A DNA stretch of 64,000 nucleotides from an uncultured Clostridia bacterium (lineage in GTDB: Bacteria > Bacillota > Clostridia > TANB77 > CAG-508). Of this stretch, positions 1-11,245 are shown in pieces; position 1 is the stretch's first letter, and each line of letters opens with the position of its first letter. The stretch covers positions 3,611-67,610 of the forward strand of contig CALXFE010000002.1 of the NCBI GenBank assembly GCA_944387545.1. The letters run 5' to 3'. Under the pieces are notes generated by a model that was not told the DNA's origin, did not search any database, and saw nothing but the letters and a program-made list of their open reading frames with translations. Position numbers and translations under genes: made by a program.

Positions 1-1
1 G

Positions 2-1423
2 AAAACCATATATATTACGATGGTCATTATATTCTTATTATTAATTTTTATGAATTGTATGTTTAAATATGCCAATAGCGGAAGTGAATATAATTACTAC
101 CTATATAATGAAGCGTATATAGAATCATTAAGAGGTGAGTTAGAAAGATTAAATCCGGATAAACCAAGTGATGTAACCACATATATTAACCTATTATCAG
201 AAATACAGTTAAGTGAAATGATGCAACAGTATAAAGATGCAGAATGGAAATTAGCCATTATTAATGAAAGAATAGCCCCATATATAACCGAAAGAAATAC
301 GTATCAATATGGAGCTGAAAAAAATGAAGCACAGGTAGAAAGTATTAATCAAGAAATTAATGCATTACTTGCAAAATTAGAAGAAAATGATTGGAAATAT
401 TTTGCAACAGCTGACTTAGAACAAGCAAATCAACAACTAGAAACATTAAATCAGCAAAAAGAACAAATAGAAGATACAGCCGTATTGCATAATATTGAAA
501 CAGAAATAAAAACGGCAGAAACAGAAAAGGAAATTGCCCAGTATCGATTAGACAAAAATATACCATATGGAAGTGATTATTTAAACAGAGCCATTTCTAA
601 ATTAGAAACAGCGAATAAGAATTTAGCAAACTATGATAACTTAGATAAAGAATTAGAATATGAAGAGCAATTAGAATATAACAGTTATTTAGAAGACCAA
701 GCAGAAAGTCGCTATATATTAGATACAGGGATAGATATTAATAAAACAGATAGTTTGAAAGGAATATTACAACATTTTTACTCACAATTTGGAATTTTCT
801 TAATTGTTGTGATTGTTATGATTGCAGGAACAATCGTAAGTGAAGAGTTTAATAAAGGAACTATAAAACTATTACTAGTAAAACCATATACAAGAAATAA
901 AATTTTACTAGCGAAATTTATAACAACATTGATTATGATTGCTTTTGTAATTGTAGTAACAATAATTATGCAAATGCTGATAGGCGGTATCTTATTTGGA
1001 TTTGATAGCTTAGCAGATCCAGTAGTCACTTACAATTTTAATACAAACACAATTCAAGAAATGAATATATTTGCGAACTTAGGTATACAAACATTAATGC
1101 AATTGCCAATGATTATTTTATTAGCAACACTTGCATTTGCAGTAAGTACGATCTTCTCAAATAGTACGCTTGCCATTACGATTTCTCTATTAGGTTATAT
1201 GTCAGCAAGTATTATCAATCAATTAACAATTGCATACAAACTACAATTTATGAAATATTTTGTCACAATGAATTGGGATTTAAGTATCTATGCAAATGGA
1301 GCTTTACCAAATATGGAAGGTATGAGTATGACAATGTCAATCATTATCTGTGCTGTATATTTCCTAATTATGATGATACCAACATTTATTGTATTTAAGA
1401 AAAGAAATATTAAAAATATATAA
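2..1423 (+). CDS. ABC-2 type transporter permease (5' end outside window)
   Basis: Frame open from window start; large extracellular loop, then AGTIVSEEFNKGTIKLLLVKPYTRNKILLAKF motif and several TM helices. Confidence 0.85.
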   Translation, partial: KTIYITMVIIFLLLIFMNCMFKYANSGSEYNYYLYNEAYIESLRGELERLNPDKPSDVTTYINLLSEIQLSEMMQQYKDAEWKLAIINERIAPYITERNTYQYGAEKNEAQVESINQEINALLAKLEENDWKYFATADLEQANQQLETLNQQKEQIEDTAVLHNIETEIKTAETEKEIAQYRLDKNIPYGSDYLNRAISKLETANKNLANYDNLDKELEYEEQLEYNSYLEDQAESRYILDTGIDINKTDSLKGILQHFYSQFGIFLIVVIVMIAGTIVSEEFNKGTIKLLLVKPYTRNKILLAKFITTLIMIAFVIVVTIIMQMLIGGILFGFDSLADPVVTYNFNTNTIQEMNIFANLGIQTLMQLPMIILLATLAFAVSTIFSNSTLAITISLLGYMSASIINQLTIAYKLQFMKYFVTMNWDLSIYANGALPNMEGMSMTMSIIICAVYFLIMMIPTFIVFKKRNIKNI

Positions 1424-1474
1424 AAGATTTATTTTATTTTCATACAGATTTTTATAAAAAGATGAGATTATAAG

Positions 1475-1503
1475 GAGCTTATCAAATATGATAAGCTCTT
1501 TTT
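1475..1503 (+). terminator. Rho-independent terminator
   Basis: gagcttatca-aata-tgataagctc followed by T run. Confidence 0.8.
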
Positions 1504-1618
1504 GTACAAAATGTAACAACTTTTCCCCTATTACCAGTTTTAAATTCTTTTTTATATTGTAAAATCCTAAAAAATGGTATATAGTTATAATGGAAAAATA
1601 GATAAAGGAGCGTGTTTT

Positions 1619-2713
1619 ATGAATTATCCAGAAAACTTAAAAATAGGGGATACCATAGGAATTTGTGCGCCATCAGGAGGGATTTCAGAAGGGGACGGAA
1701 TTAAAAAATTAGAATTAGCTAAAAAACAATTACAAGAAATGGGATATAAAATCATAGAAACAGAAAGTGTAAGAAAAGAAGAAAGAGGAAGAAGCGCATC
1801 AGGGGAGCAAAGAGCTAAAGAATTCATGGAGCTATTAGAAAATGATGATGTAAAACTAATCATATTTGCAGAAGGTGGAGATTTTCTAGTAGAAATGATT
1901 CCATATTTAGATTTTGAAAAAATAAAAACATTAAAACCAAAATGGATGCAAGGATATTCTGATATTACAGGTATTAATTATTTGTGGAATACTTTGTTAG
2001 AAAGACCATCTATCTATTGTGAAATGATAAAAAAATATGCCATGAGACCATTATTTAGAGATTTAACAGATGCTTTAAGAATAGCAAGTGGAGAAGAAAT
2101 TGAACAAACATCTTTTGAAAAACATGAAGAAATTATTGATTTTAGAATAGAAGATAATGAAAAAGCACTTGAAAATCAAGAAAGTATAGAAGAATTTAGC
2201 AAGGAAAATGAAGAAATCAGAAAGCAAGAATTGGAAAAAGGCTATGATTTAACACAAGAAACAAAATGGATAAACTTAAAAGGTGAAGAAAAAATAGAAT
2301 TTAAAGGAAGAGCTGTTGGTGGTTGCTTAGATTGTATAAAAGCATTTATTGGAACGAAATATGATAAGGTAAAAGACTATATTCAAAAATATAAAGAAGA
2401 TGGTATTATATGGTTTTTAGAAGTGTTTGAAATGAGTACACCAACTGTATATCTTACTTTATGGCAGATGAGGGAAGCAGGCTATTTTGAAAATTGTCAT
2501 GGTATTATATTTGGCAGACCATTATTTATCAGAAAGGATTATAATATTGATTTTAATGAAACAGTAAAAGATGTTTTAGAAGATTTAAATATACCAATTA
2601 TTTGTGATGCAGATATAGGACATGTTTCACCACAATTTGCCATGGTAAACGGAGCAATATTAGAAATTACATCACAAGATGGAAAGGGAAAAGTAAAAAC
2701 AATTTTGAAATAG
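1619..2713 (+). CDS. LD-carboxypeptidase, peptidase S66 (MccF/LdcA family)
   Basis: GDTIGICAPS, GYSD nucleophile motif, FLE, IGHV; RBS aaggag before ATG 1619. Confidence 0.88.
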   Translation: MNYPENLKIGDTIGICAPSGGISEGDGIKKLELAKKQLQEMGYKIIETESVRKEERGRSASGEQRAKEFMELLENDDVKLIIFAEGGDFLVEMIPYLDFEKIKTLKPKWMQGYSDITGINYLWNTLLERPSIYCEMIKKYAMRPLFRDLTDALRIASGEEIEQTSFEKHEEIIDFRIEDNEKALENQESIEEFSKENEEIRKQELEKGYDLTQETKWINLKGEEKIEFKGRAVGGCLDCIKAFIGTKYDKVKDYIQKYKEDGIIWFLEVFEMSTPTVYLTLWQMREAGYFENCHGIIFGRPLFIRKDYNIDFNETVKDVLEDLNIPIICDADIGHVSPQFAMVNGAILEITSQDGKGKVKTILK

Positions 2714-2801
2714 TAACAAAAAAAGTATAAAAAAATATAGTAATAGTGGCAATAAAATTATGAATATTGATATAATAGAATAGAAAGGAAAGTGAAAGAA
2801 A

Positions 2802-3422
2802 ATGAAAGTTGTATTAGTAAATGGAGGACCACATAAAGAAGGATGTACGTATACAGCATTAAAAGAGGTAGAAAAACAATTACATAAAAATGGAATTGAA
2901 ACAGAAATATTTTGGTTAGGTGTAAAACCACTAGCAGGCTGTATTGGATGTGGAAACTGTAAAAATACAGGAAAATGTTTTGTGGATGATAAAGTCAATG
3001 AATTTATAGAAAAAGCAAAACAAGCAGATGGATTTGTATTTGGAACACCAGTACATTTTGCTTCAGCAACAGGTGCTATAACATCTTTTATGGATAGAGT
3101 ATTTTATGCAGGAAAACCAGTATTTCAAAATAAGTTAGGTGCATGTGTTGTTAGCTGTAGAAGAGCTGGTGCAACAGCAACATTTGACCAATTAAATAAA
3201 TATTTTACAATTAACAATATGCCGATTGTATCATCACAATATTGGAATATGGTACATGGAAATACACCAGCAGAAGTTGTGCAAGATGAGGAAGGAATGC
3301 AAACAATGAGAACATTAGGAAACAATATGGCATGGTTATTAAAATGTATAGCACAAGGTAAAAAAGCAGGAATAGAAATACCTGAAAAAGAACAACCAAT
3401 TCGTACAAATTATATAAGATAA
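2802..3422 (+). CDS. Iron-sulfur flavoprotein / NADPH-dependent FMN reductase (flavodoxin-like)
   Basis: NGGPHKEGCT N-terminus, CIGCGNC-x5-C cluster motif, GTPVHF, SSQYWN. Confidence 0.88.
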   Translation: MKVVLVNGGPHKEGCTYTALKEVEKQLHKNGIETEIFWLGVKPLAGCIGCGNCKNTGKCFVDDKVNEFIEKAKQADGFVFGTPVHFASATGAITSFMDRVFYAGKPVFQNKLGACVVSCRRAGATATFDQLNKYFTINNMPIVSSQYWNMVHGNTPAEVVQDEEGMQTMRTLGNNMAWLLKCIAQGKKAGIEIPEKEQPIRTNYIR

Positions 3423-3526
3423 TATATAATATAAAGAAAAAAGTTAAAACAGAGAAGACAAGAATATAGAAAAATAAAAGGAACTAAAAATTTGAAATCG
3501 TAAATAAAAAACAAGAGGAAATAAGA

Positions 3527-4282
3527 ATGAATGAAAATGAAGCAATTGGAATTTTTGATTCTGGGATTGGTGGCGTAACAGTTTTAAAAGAAATATTAAA
3601 ACTATTACCAAATGAAAAATACATATATTATAGTGATTCTAAGAACAATCCTTATGGAGATAAAAGCGATGAAGAAATAAATAATTTATGTGAAAATATA
3701 GTGGAACAATTTATAAATCAGAATTGTAAGGTAATTGTGATAGCTTGTAATACAGCAAGTGCAAAATCAGCTAAGTATCTAAGAAAAAAGTATAAAAATA
3801 TACCATTTATAGCAATAGAGCCAGCCTATAAAATGGTATATGATTATGCTTATAATGAACCAACATTGGTTATGGCTACAAAAGGAACAATCGAAAGTGA
3901 AAAATTCAACTTGTTATATCATACATATGATAATCATAAAACCATTTTACTTCCTTGTGTAGGACTAGCTGATATCATAGAAGAGGGAAATAAGCATAAA
4001 ATAGAAACTTATTTAGAGGCACATTTAGAACAATATAAAGGAAAAGTAAAAAATGTTGTTTTAGGTTGCACACACTATCCACTGATAAAAGAGGAAATAA
4101 AAAAAGTTTTAGGACAAGTTGAATTTTTTAATGGAGCACCTTATTTAGCCAAACACCTGAAACAAGTTTTAGAAGAAAATGATTTAATTTGTGATAAAAA
4201 TGAGCCCTCAAAAATACAATTTATAGATTCATCAAACGACGAACAAAAGAAAAAAAGATTTTTTGAAATAATAAAGGAGTAG
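3527..4282 (+). CDS. murI: Glutamate racemase
   Basis: IGIFDSGIGG, PYG, IACNTAS, LGCTHYP. Confidence 0.95.
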   Translation: MNENEAIGIFDSGIGGVTVLKEILKLLPNEKYIYYSDSKNNPYGDKSDEEINNLCENIVEQFINQNCKVIVIACNTASAKSAKYLRKKYKNIPFIAIEPAYKMVYDYAYNEPTLVMATKGTIESEKFNLLYHTYDNHKTILLPCVGLADIIEEGNKHKIETYLEAHLEQYKGKVKNVVLGCTHYPLIKEEIKKVLGQVEFFNGAPYLAKHLKQVLEENDLICDKNEPSKIQFIDSSNDEQKKKRFFEIIKE

Positions 4283-4285
4283 TAT

Positions 4286-6221
4286 ATGAACCAATCATAT
4301 AATTTACAATTAACAAAGCAAGAAATAGAAGCATTACAAAATTATGCAGGATTTATGCATGCAAGAATGAATGCAATAGGGGATTTAAAATATGATAAAT
4401 TAGAAGCATCACAAAAAAGTGGATGGGATATGAATATGTCTACAAAAGAATTGGAAAAGATGATTTTAAAATTTGTAGATGTTTATGGTGCTATTTATAA
4501 AGCTGGTAATAGAGAGGCAAGAGGAAGGCTTTATAGAGGGACAAGTACGAAGGAAATAAGAAAAATAGAACATGAAAAAAATATAAATTCATTTCTTTCA
4601 ACATCTTTAGAAGAAGATATGGCAAAAACTTTTACAACATATGGAGATGAAGCAGCTATTTTAAGAATAAAGACAGAAGAAGGGTTACCATATTTATATG
4701 TAGAACCATATAAAGAAGATGGAAGAAAAGATGAAGAAGAAATTTTGATTTTACCATTTTCAAAAGTAAAAAAGATAGAGCATACAAGCACTTGGAATGG
4801 ATATAAATATTATGATGCAACATTAGAAAAGGAGAAATTAGAAGAAGTTCCAAAACAAGAGTTAGAAACATTAAAGGCGCAACTTATGGAAGGATATGAT
4901 TATTATAGAGAACAAGCAACTAAATGTATTGAATTAAAAGATGATGTAGAATATATGTATACGAAATTAAGACAAAGCCGGATTAAGTGGAGAAGATAAG
5001 AATTACTTATATGAACAAATACAAGAAAAAACAAATAGGTATACAGAATTAGAAAAAAATGTTAGCGAATATCAAAAACAATTTTCTAGAATGTTAAAAG
5101 GAATGTGTAAAGAAAAAGAAATAGAAATTGATAAACAACAAGAAGAGGAAGAAAAAAAGATACAAGCACAACAAAAAGAAAAGCAAGAAGAAGAGAAAAA
5201 ACAACTAGAGGCAGAAATTAGAAATCTAGAAGATGAAATAGAATGTGGTAAGACAGATATAGTAGAAATATTAGAAAAGTATGTTAGAAAGTTTGAAGCA
5301 AATGCGGACAAGTATCAAAGTATTGCAGAGGATTTAAAAGTTGGCTATTCTATGAGACCACATTTTAAAATATTAGAAAATGTCGAAGCAATAAAAAGAA
5401 AACTAGAAAAAGAGAATACACAAGAAGAGAAAGAAAAAGAGGAAAATCAAGAAGATAGAATGCAATTAGAGAACAAATATCAAGAATTGTTAAAGAAAAG
5501 GAAAGAATTAGCTAGTATAAAACAAATAATGGGAAGTTTTCCAGAATATTTAAAGGAACATGATAGAGAATCTTTTCAAGAAATAAAAGCAAACTTAAAT
5601 AAGAAGATACAAGGAATGATTACAAAAGAAAGAGTGGGACATTTACAGTTGGAAAAGCAACAAATTTCACAAGAAAAAGAATCAATATTACAACGAATAC
5701 TTTATGGAACTACTTTAAAAGAACAGAAATTAGCAAATATAAATGCAAAAATAGAATTAGCAAGAAGGCAAAGTGCAACAAGGAATCCAGAAAATCGTGT
5801 TAGTGTTATGATGGCAAATTTATATGATTGTTGTGCACAAGATTTAAATGGTGCATTTTCTCCAGAAATGATTGAAACAATCTATGCAATTAGAAGAAAT
5901 TTTAATAATTTACCAAATGAAGAAAGTTTAGCGCAACAGGCAAATGAGAAAGCTAATAGTCATTATCCAGCAATTATCGGAAAGAAAAAACTATCAAAAA
6001 GAAGACAAATAGATTATTATCGTGAAGATACAGATAGAACAAAGGCAGAAATATATAATCAAATACATCAAGATAAACCAATTCATCAAGAAATACAAAT
6101 TCATGCGCTTAACAAATTTGAACAAACAATCAATAATATAAAAACCACTTTAGAACAAGGTAAAGCGCAGTCATATAGTATGGATAGAGATAGTCAAATA
6201 ACAGAGTGGAATATAGAATAA
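4286..6221 (+). CDS. R-S-E clade ADP-ribosyltransferase domain plus long coiled-coil tail; single gene (~644 aa) joined by +1 shift at CGG-A 4979-4982
   Basis: LYRG / FLSTS / EEE(ILI) motifs in ORF 4286-4999; frame of ORF 5091-6221 is open back to 4971 and reads GLSGEDKNYLYEQIQEK...FSRMLKGM. Confidence 0.7.
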
Positions 6222-6246
6222 AACTTAAAATAAAGGGTGTGTAGAT

Positions 6247-6786
6247 ATGAAAATATTAAGAAATGAATTAAAAAATGAATTACATATTAGAACACAAAAA
6301 GATTTTCCAAAAGAAGGAATTGAATTTATTGATATGATGCCTTTAATAATACAAAAGGAAACATTTAAAGAGATTGTAGATAAATTAGTGGAAGAAATTA
6401 AAGATAAACATGCAGAATATATTGTAGGACCAGAAGCAAGAGGATTGATTGTTGGCGCAGCAGTAGCCAATGAATTAAATATTGGATTTATACCAGTTAG
6501 AAAAGCAGGAAAATTACCGCCAATAACAGTAGAAAAACAATTTGAATATGAAAAAGAATATGGAAAAGATAAATTAGAATTACCAAAACTAGTAAATGAA
6601 GAATATACAGGAAAAAGAGTGTATATAATTGATGATATATATGCAACAGGTAACACCATGAAAGCAATAAAAAAAGCCATAGAAGAAACAGGTGGAATTG
6701 TCGTTGGACAGGGGGTTATTATGAATATCAAAGAACTGAATGAAGCTAAAGATGTCTATTCTCTAATAGATATTAATGAAACATAG
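6247..6786 (+). CDS. apt: Adenine phosphoribosyltransferase
   Basis: DFPKEGIEFID, GPEARG, RKAGKLP, YIIDDIYATGNT PRPP loop. Confidence 0.93.
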   Translation: MKILRNELKNELHIRTQKDFPKEGIEFIDMMPLIIQKETFKEIVDKLVEEIKDKHAEYIVGPEARGLIVGAAVANELNIGFIPVRKAGKLPPITVEKQFEYEKEYGKDKLELPKLVNEEYTGKRVYIIDDIYATGNTMKAIKKAIEETGGIVVGQGVIMNIKELNEAKDVYSLIDINET

Positions 6787-6858
6787 AAAAAGGACAGGTT
6801 GGAATTATCTTAACAAATAAATGGTAAATAAGATAATTTTTATACCTGTTCTTTTTTT
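6787..6858. terminator. Bidirectional hairpin between convergent genes, with GGACAGGT arm
   Basis: aaaaaggacaggt (6787-6799) pairs acctgttcttttt; inner aattatctta/taagataatt. Confidence 0.65.
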
Positions 6859-6887
6859 AGTAATGACTTGGTCTAGAGAAATTTAAC

Positions 6888-7316
6888 TTATAAATATTTT
6901 TTTAATTTTTCCACGTTATTTTCTTGAAATTGAATAAAGTTTGTTAAAATATTTTTGATAGAATCTGTTGTTTCAGGATTATTATTTAGCAATTTAACTC
7001 CTTCAATAATACCCATATTGGTTCCTTTTATAAGCATTTCAGCAATTTTAGAATCAGAGTTATCCGTTAATGTACTCATTTGAATATCAAACCATCCCAT
7101 CATTTTTTGTGCGGGATTTAATTCTTTAGGAAATTCTTCATATTTTCCAAGTTCAGCATTTACATCATTTAAAATTTCGTTATATTTGTTATATTCGAAT
7201 TGCAAATCATCTTTTAATTTATCGTCAGTAACCTTTTCCGCAATAGAAGAAATAGAATCCATTCCCATTTTAATTCCTTTATTAATTTCATTTAAAATAT
7301 ATTCTGGTCTATTCAT
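6888..7316 (-). CDS. Conserved hypothetical protein, probable ferritin-like four-helix bundle
   Basis: 142-aa helical ORF with RBS ggagg; SKIAEMLIKGTNMG pattern typical of small clostridial ferritin-like proteins. Confidence 0.6.
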   Translation of the reverse strand: MNRPEYILNEINKGIKMGMDSISSIAEKVTDDKLKDDLQFEYNKYNEILNDVNAELGKYEEFPKELNPAQKMMGWFDIQMSTLTDNSDSKIAEMLIKGTNMGIIEGVKLLNNNPETTDSIKNILTNFIQFQENNVEKLKKYL

Positions 7317-7515
7317 GGTTTTACCTCCTAAAGTTTTCTGTATTTATAAAAGAATGCACAAAGATTTTGAATATAGATATAAAGCATTTATCTTGTCATG
7401 TACATTTTATTTATAAATTTAGTATGTACAAATAAATAAAAAATATGAATATAAATTTTAATTGCATAAAAAAATAAAAATAGGAAAAAATCTATATAGA
7501 ATATGAAAGTTAGGA

Positions 7516-7959
7516 GTGAAAAAAATGGAAGAAATGGTAAATAAGCTAAACGAATTTTTAGCAGATCTAAATGTATTTTATAGAAAATTACAAAATTATC
7601 ATTGGAATGTTAAAGGAAAAAATTTCTTTGTATTACATGAAAAATTAGAAGAATATTATGACAAAATTAACGAAGAAATTGATGAAATTGCAGAGCATAT
7701 CTTAACATTAGATAAACAGCCTTTAGGAACAATGAAGGATTATTTAGAGAAAAGCTGTATAGAAGAAGCACAAAATGCGAAAATAGAAGGAGATATTGTA
7801 TTAGATAAGATATTGAAAGACTATGAAACATTATTGCAAAAAGCAATGTGTATTAAAAAATTAGCAGATGAACATCATATTTATGCAACATCTAGTTTAA
7901 TAGACAATTATATTTTAGAATATAGTAAAATTATATGGATGTTAAAACAGCATAAATAA
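7516..7959 (+). CDS. dps: Dps family DNA-protection ferritin
   Basis: KLQNYHWNVKG...LHEKLEEYY...DEIAE, C-terminal WML; GTG start. Confidence 0.9.
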   Translation: MKKMEEMVNKLNEFLADLNVFYRKLQNYHWNVKGKNFFVLHEKLEEYYDKINEEIDEIAEHILTLDKQPLGTMKDYLEKSCIEEAQNAKIEGDIVLDKILKDYETLLQKAMCIKKLADEHHIYATSSLIDNYILEYSKIIWMLKQHK

Positions 7960-8001
7960 AAGAGTGATTTGTAAACAGTTTGTTTAATTAAGAATAAAAA
8001 A

Positions 8002-8070
8002 GAAAAAATGTTCGTAAAAAGTATTGACAATTTTTAAAATTGTCGGTACAATAAAGGCGAACATTTTTTC
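8002..8070 (+). promoter_or_regulatory. recN sigma-A promoter flanked by two LexA (GAAC-N4-GTTC) boxes
   Basis: gaaaaaatgttc (8002-8013) and gaacattttttc (8059-8070), one mismatch each, flanking TTGACA (8024)-17 nt-TACAAT (8047). Confidence 0.7.
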
Positions 8071-8137
8071 AATTATAAAAGGTTACATTTTCTATAATTG
8101 AAAAAGAACATAAAAGTGAAAGTAGAGGAAATAAGTT

Positions 8138-9772
8138 ATGATATCATCATTACATATTAGAAATATAGGGATTATAGAAGATTTAAGTATCGATTTTAAT
8201 AAAGGACTAAATGTATTAACAGGAGAAACAGGTGCAGGAAAAACCTTAATTATTGATTCTCTTCAAATTATATCAGGCGGAAGATTCTCTAAAGATATGA
8301 TAAGAAAAGGAGAAACCAATTCTTTTGTTGAACTTTGTTTATTTTGTCCAGAAAATGAAAAAGCAATCGAAGGAAATATTATTGTTTCAAGAGAAATCAA
8401 TATAAATGGAAAAAATATGTGTAAGATTAATGGAAGAATGGTTACTGTTAATGAATTAAAAGATTTTATGAAACAATTTATTGAAATTCATGGACAAAAT
8501 GATAATCAAAATCTGTTAGATAGTAAATTACATTTAAAATATTTAGATGGATTTATAGGAAAAGAGATTATAGGAGAATACAAAGTAAAATACAGACAAT
8601 TGTATAATCGTTATTTAGAAATTAAGGAAACGTTAAAACAAAATTATGGTGATGATAAAGAAAGACAAAGAAAATTAGATTTATTAAGATATCAAACAGA
8701 AGAAATCGAAGAAGCAAAATTAAAAGAAAATGAGGAAGAAGCATTAGAAGAAAAAAGAAAGTTATTTTTGAATTCAGAAAAAATTGTAGAAAACTTAAAT
8801 GAAGCAGATGGTTTATTATCAGAAAATACAATTGATAGTCTAAGTATGGCAATTCGAGCATTGGAGAAAATTGAAGATATAGATAAGAAATATGAAAAAG
8901 CAAGTAATCGTTTAAAGAGTTCGTATTATGAGTTACAAGAATTAGCCAGAGATATTAATAATTATAAAGAAGATATATATTTTGATGAAGAAGAAAGAAA
9001 TCAAATAGAAGAAAGATTGGATATTATATATTCATTAAAAAGAAAATATGGAAATAGTATAAAAGAAATAATCGCATATAATGAACAAATAAAGGAAGAG
9101 ATTCATCATATAGAAAATTTAGAAGAATATAATAACAAGTTAAAAGCAGAATTGGAAAAGATAGAAAAATCTATGAATATGATAGGAAAAAGGATGAATT
9201 TTGTAAGAACAGAATATGCAAGCAAGTTAAGTGATAGTATTAATCAGGAATTAATTGATTTAGAAATGAAAAATGCAAAAATCAATGTGAAAGTAGAATA
9301 TATAGAAAATGAATTTTTCAAAACAGGAAAAGATGTTGTTAAATTTTATATTACTACAAACTTAGGAGAAGACGAAAAAGAATTAGCCAAAATTGCATCT
9401 GGTGGAGAGATGTCAAGAACGATGCTAGCTATAAAGAAAGTATTAGCTGATACAGATAGTATACCAGTATTGGTATTTGATGAAATTGATACAGGAATTA
9501 GTGGAAAAGCAGCAAATGCCGTAGCAACAAAATTAAAAGCAATAGCCAATACACATCAAGTTATGTGTATATCGCATTTACCAAATATTGCAGCAATTGC
9601 AGATTACAACTATTTTATTAGTAAAAACGTGAAAGAAGAAAGAACTAAAACACAAGTTAAATTGTTAAAAGAAAATGAAGTTATAGAAGAAATTGCAAGA
9701 ATTTCTTCAGGAGAAATTAATGAAGTTACATTACAATATGCATATGAATTAAGAAATAAAAAAGCAAGTTGA
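8138..9772 (+). CDS. recN: DNA repair protein RecN
   Basis: LTGETGAGKT Walker A, IHGQ, ASGGE signature, FDEIDTGISG, ISHLP. Confidence 0.96.
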   Translation: MISSLHIRNIGIIEDLSIDFNKGLNVLTGETGAGKTLIIDSLQIISGGRFSKDMIRKGETNSFVELCLFCPENEKAIEGNIIVSREININGKNMCKINGRMVTVNELKDFMKQFIEIHGQNDNQNLLDSKLHLKYLDGFIGKEIIGEYKVKYRQLYNRYLEIKETLKQNYGDDKERQRKLDLLRYQTEEIEEAKLKENEEEALEEKRKLFLNSEKIVENLNEADGLLSENTIDSLSMAIRALEKIEDIDKKYEKASNRLKSSYYELQELARDINNYKEDIYFDEEERNQIEERLDIIYSLKRKYGNSIKEIIAYNEQIKEEIHHIENLEEYNNKLKAELEKIEKSMNMIGKRMNFVRTEYASKLSDSINQELIDLEMKNAKINVKVEYIENEFFKTGKDVVKFYITTNLGEDEKELAKIASGGEMSRTMLAIKKVLADTDSIPVLVFDEIDTGISGKAANAVATKLKAIANTHQVMCISHLPNIAAIADYNYFISKNVKEERTKTQVKLLKENEVIEEIARISSGEINEVTLQYAYELRNKKAS

Positions 9773-9784
9773 TAAAAAGAAAGT

Positions 9785-9821
9785 AAAATGTGTTTATATA
9801 AAAAATATAAACACATTTTTT
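9785..9821 (+). terminator. Rho-independent terminator
   Basis: aaaatgtgtttatat / atataaacacatttt inverted repeat plus T run. Confidence 0.7.
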
Positions 9822-9881
9822 GTATAGATTTCATGAAAATGTAAAAAATGTATATATATGTTATTAGTAAGGAGGAATTTT

Positions 9882-11144
9882 ATGAAAAAAAGTGCATTAA
9901 TTAAAAGTGTAGAGGCAATAGAAATTTTAGACTCAAGAGGGAATCCTACTTTACAAGTAGAAGTTGTAACCGAAGAGGGCATATGTGGTGTTGCAGCAGT
10001 ACCTTCAGGGGCTTCAACAGGAAGCTTCGAAGCAGTGGAATTACGTGATGGAGAAAAAAATCGATATGATGGAAAAGGTGTGACAAAGGCAGTTGAAAAT
10101 GTAAATAAAAAAATTAGTAAGAAAATAATAGGAATGAATGTTTTTTGCCAAAGAAAAATAGATGAAGAAATGATAAGACTAGATGATACTTTGAATAAGT
10201 CAAATTTAGGAGCAAATGCTATATTAGGGGTGTCATTAGCAGTAGCAAAAACAGCAAGTAATACATTAGGAATGGAATTGTATAGATATATAGGTGGAAT
10301 TAATGCAAAAGAATTACCAGTCCCAATGATGAATATACTAAATGGAGGAAAACATTCAGAAAATAATATTAGTATACAAGAATTTATGATAATGCCAATT
10401 GGTGATATTACATTTGCAGAAAGATTAAGAAGAGGAGCAGAAATTTACCATACATTAAAAAAAGTATTAAAAGAAAAGGGCTTTGATGTTGGTGTAGGAG
10501 ACGAAGGTGGATTTGCGCCAAATTTAGAAAATGAAGAAATGGCATTAGATGTTATTATAGAAGCGATCCGAAAAGCAGGATATGAACCAGGAAAAGATAT
10601 TGTGTTAGCGCTAGATGTTGCAAGTACAGAAATGAAAGAGGAAGCTAAAAAAATTGGAAAAGATGGTTACTATTTCTGGAAAACAGATATTTTTAAAAGC
10701 AATCAAGAAATGATTAACTATCTAATAGATTTGTGCAATAAATATCCAATTGTATCTATAGAAGATGGATTAGCAGAAGAGGATTGGGAGAATTGGCAGA
10801 TATTAACACAAAAATTAGGAAACAAAATACAACTAGTAGGTGATGACTTATTTGTAACCAATATGTCCAGATTAAAAAGAGGCATTGACAAAAAAGTGGC
10901 AAATGCAATACTCATAAAACCGAACCAAATAGGAACATTAACAGAAACATTAGATACAATTCAAATGGCAAAAGAAAATGGATATAGAACTATTATTTCA
11001 CACCGTTCTGGAGAAACAGAAGATACAACCATTGCAGATATTGCTGTGGGAGTAAATGCGATGCAGATAAAAACAGGGGCACCTTGTAGAACGGATAGAG
11101 TAGCAAAATATAATAGATTGCTAAAAATTGAAACGGATTATTAG
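9882..11144 (+). CDS. eno: Enolase
   Basis: [34 protein letters not shown]; RBS aggagg before ATG 9882. Confidence 0.97.
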   Translation: MKKSALIKSVEAIEILDSRGNPTLQVEVVTEEGICGVAAVPSGASTGSFEAVELRDGEKNRYDGKGVTKAVENVNKKISKKIIGMNVFCQRKIDEEMIRLDDTLNKSNLGANAILGVSLAVAKTASNTLGMELYRYIGGINAKELPVPMMNILNGGKHSENNISIQEFMIMPIGDITFAERLRRGAEIYHTLKKVLKEKGFDVGVGDEGGFAPNLENEEMALDVIIEAIRKAGYEPGKDIVLALDVASTEMKEEAKKIGKDGYYFWKTDIFKSNQEMINYLIDLCNKYPIVSIEDGLAEEDWENWQILTQKLGNKIQLVGDDLFVTNMSRLKRGIDKKVANAILIKPNQIGTLTETLDTIQMAKENGYRTIISHRSGETEDTTIADIAVGVNAMQIKTGAPCRTDRVAKYNRLLKIETDY

Positions 11145-11193
11145 GAAAAAGCCAAAATCTATGTGATTTATAAAAGCGTAGAGAAAAGAAATG

Positions 11194-11229
11194 AAAAGAG
11201 ATTTTTAATCAATTAAAAATCTCTTTTTC
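11194..11229. terminator. Bidirectional terminator
   Basis: aaaagagatttttaat / attaaaaatctctttt between convergent genes. Confidence 0.75.
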
Positions 11230-11245
11230 TAAATTTAATATTCTT

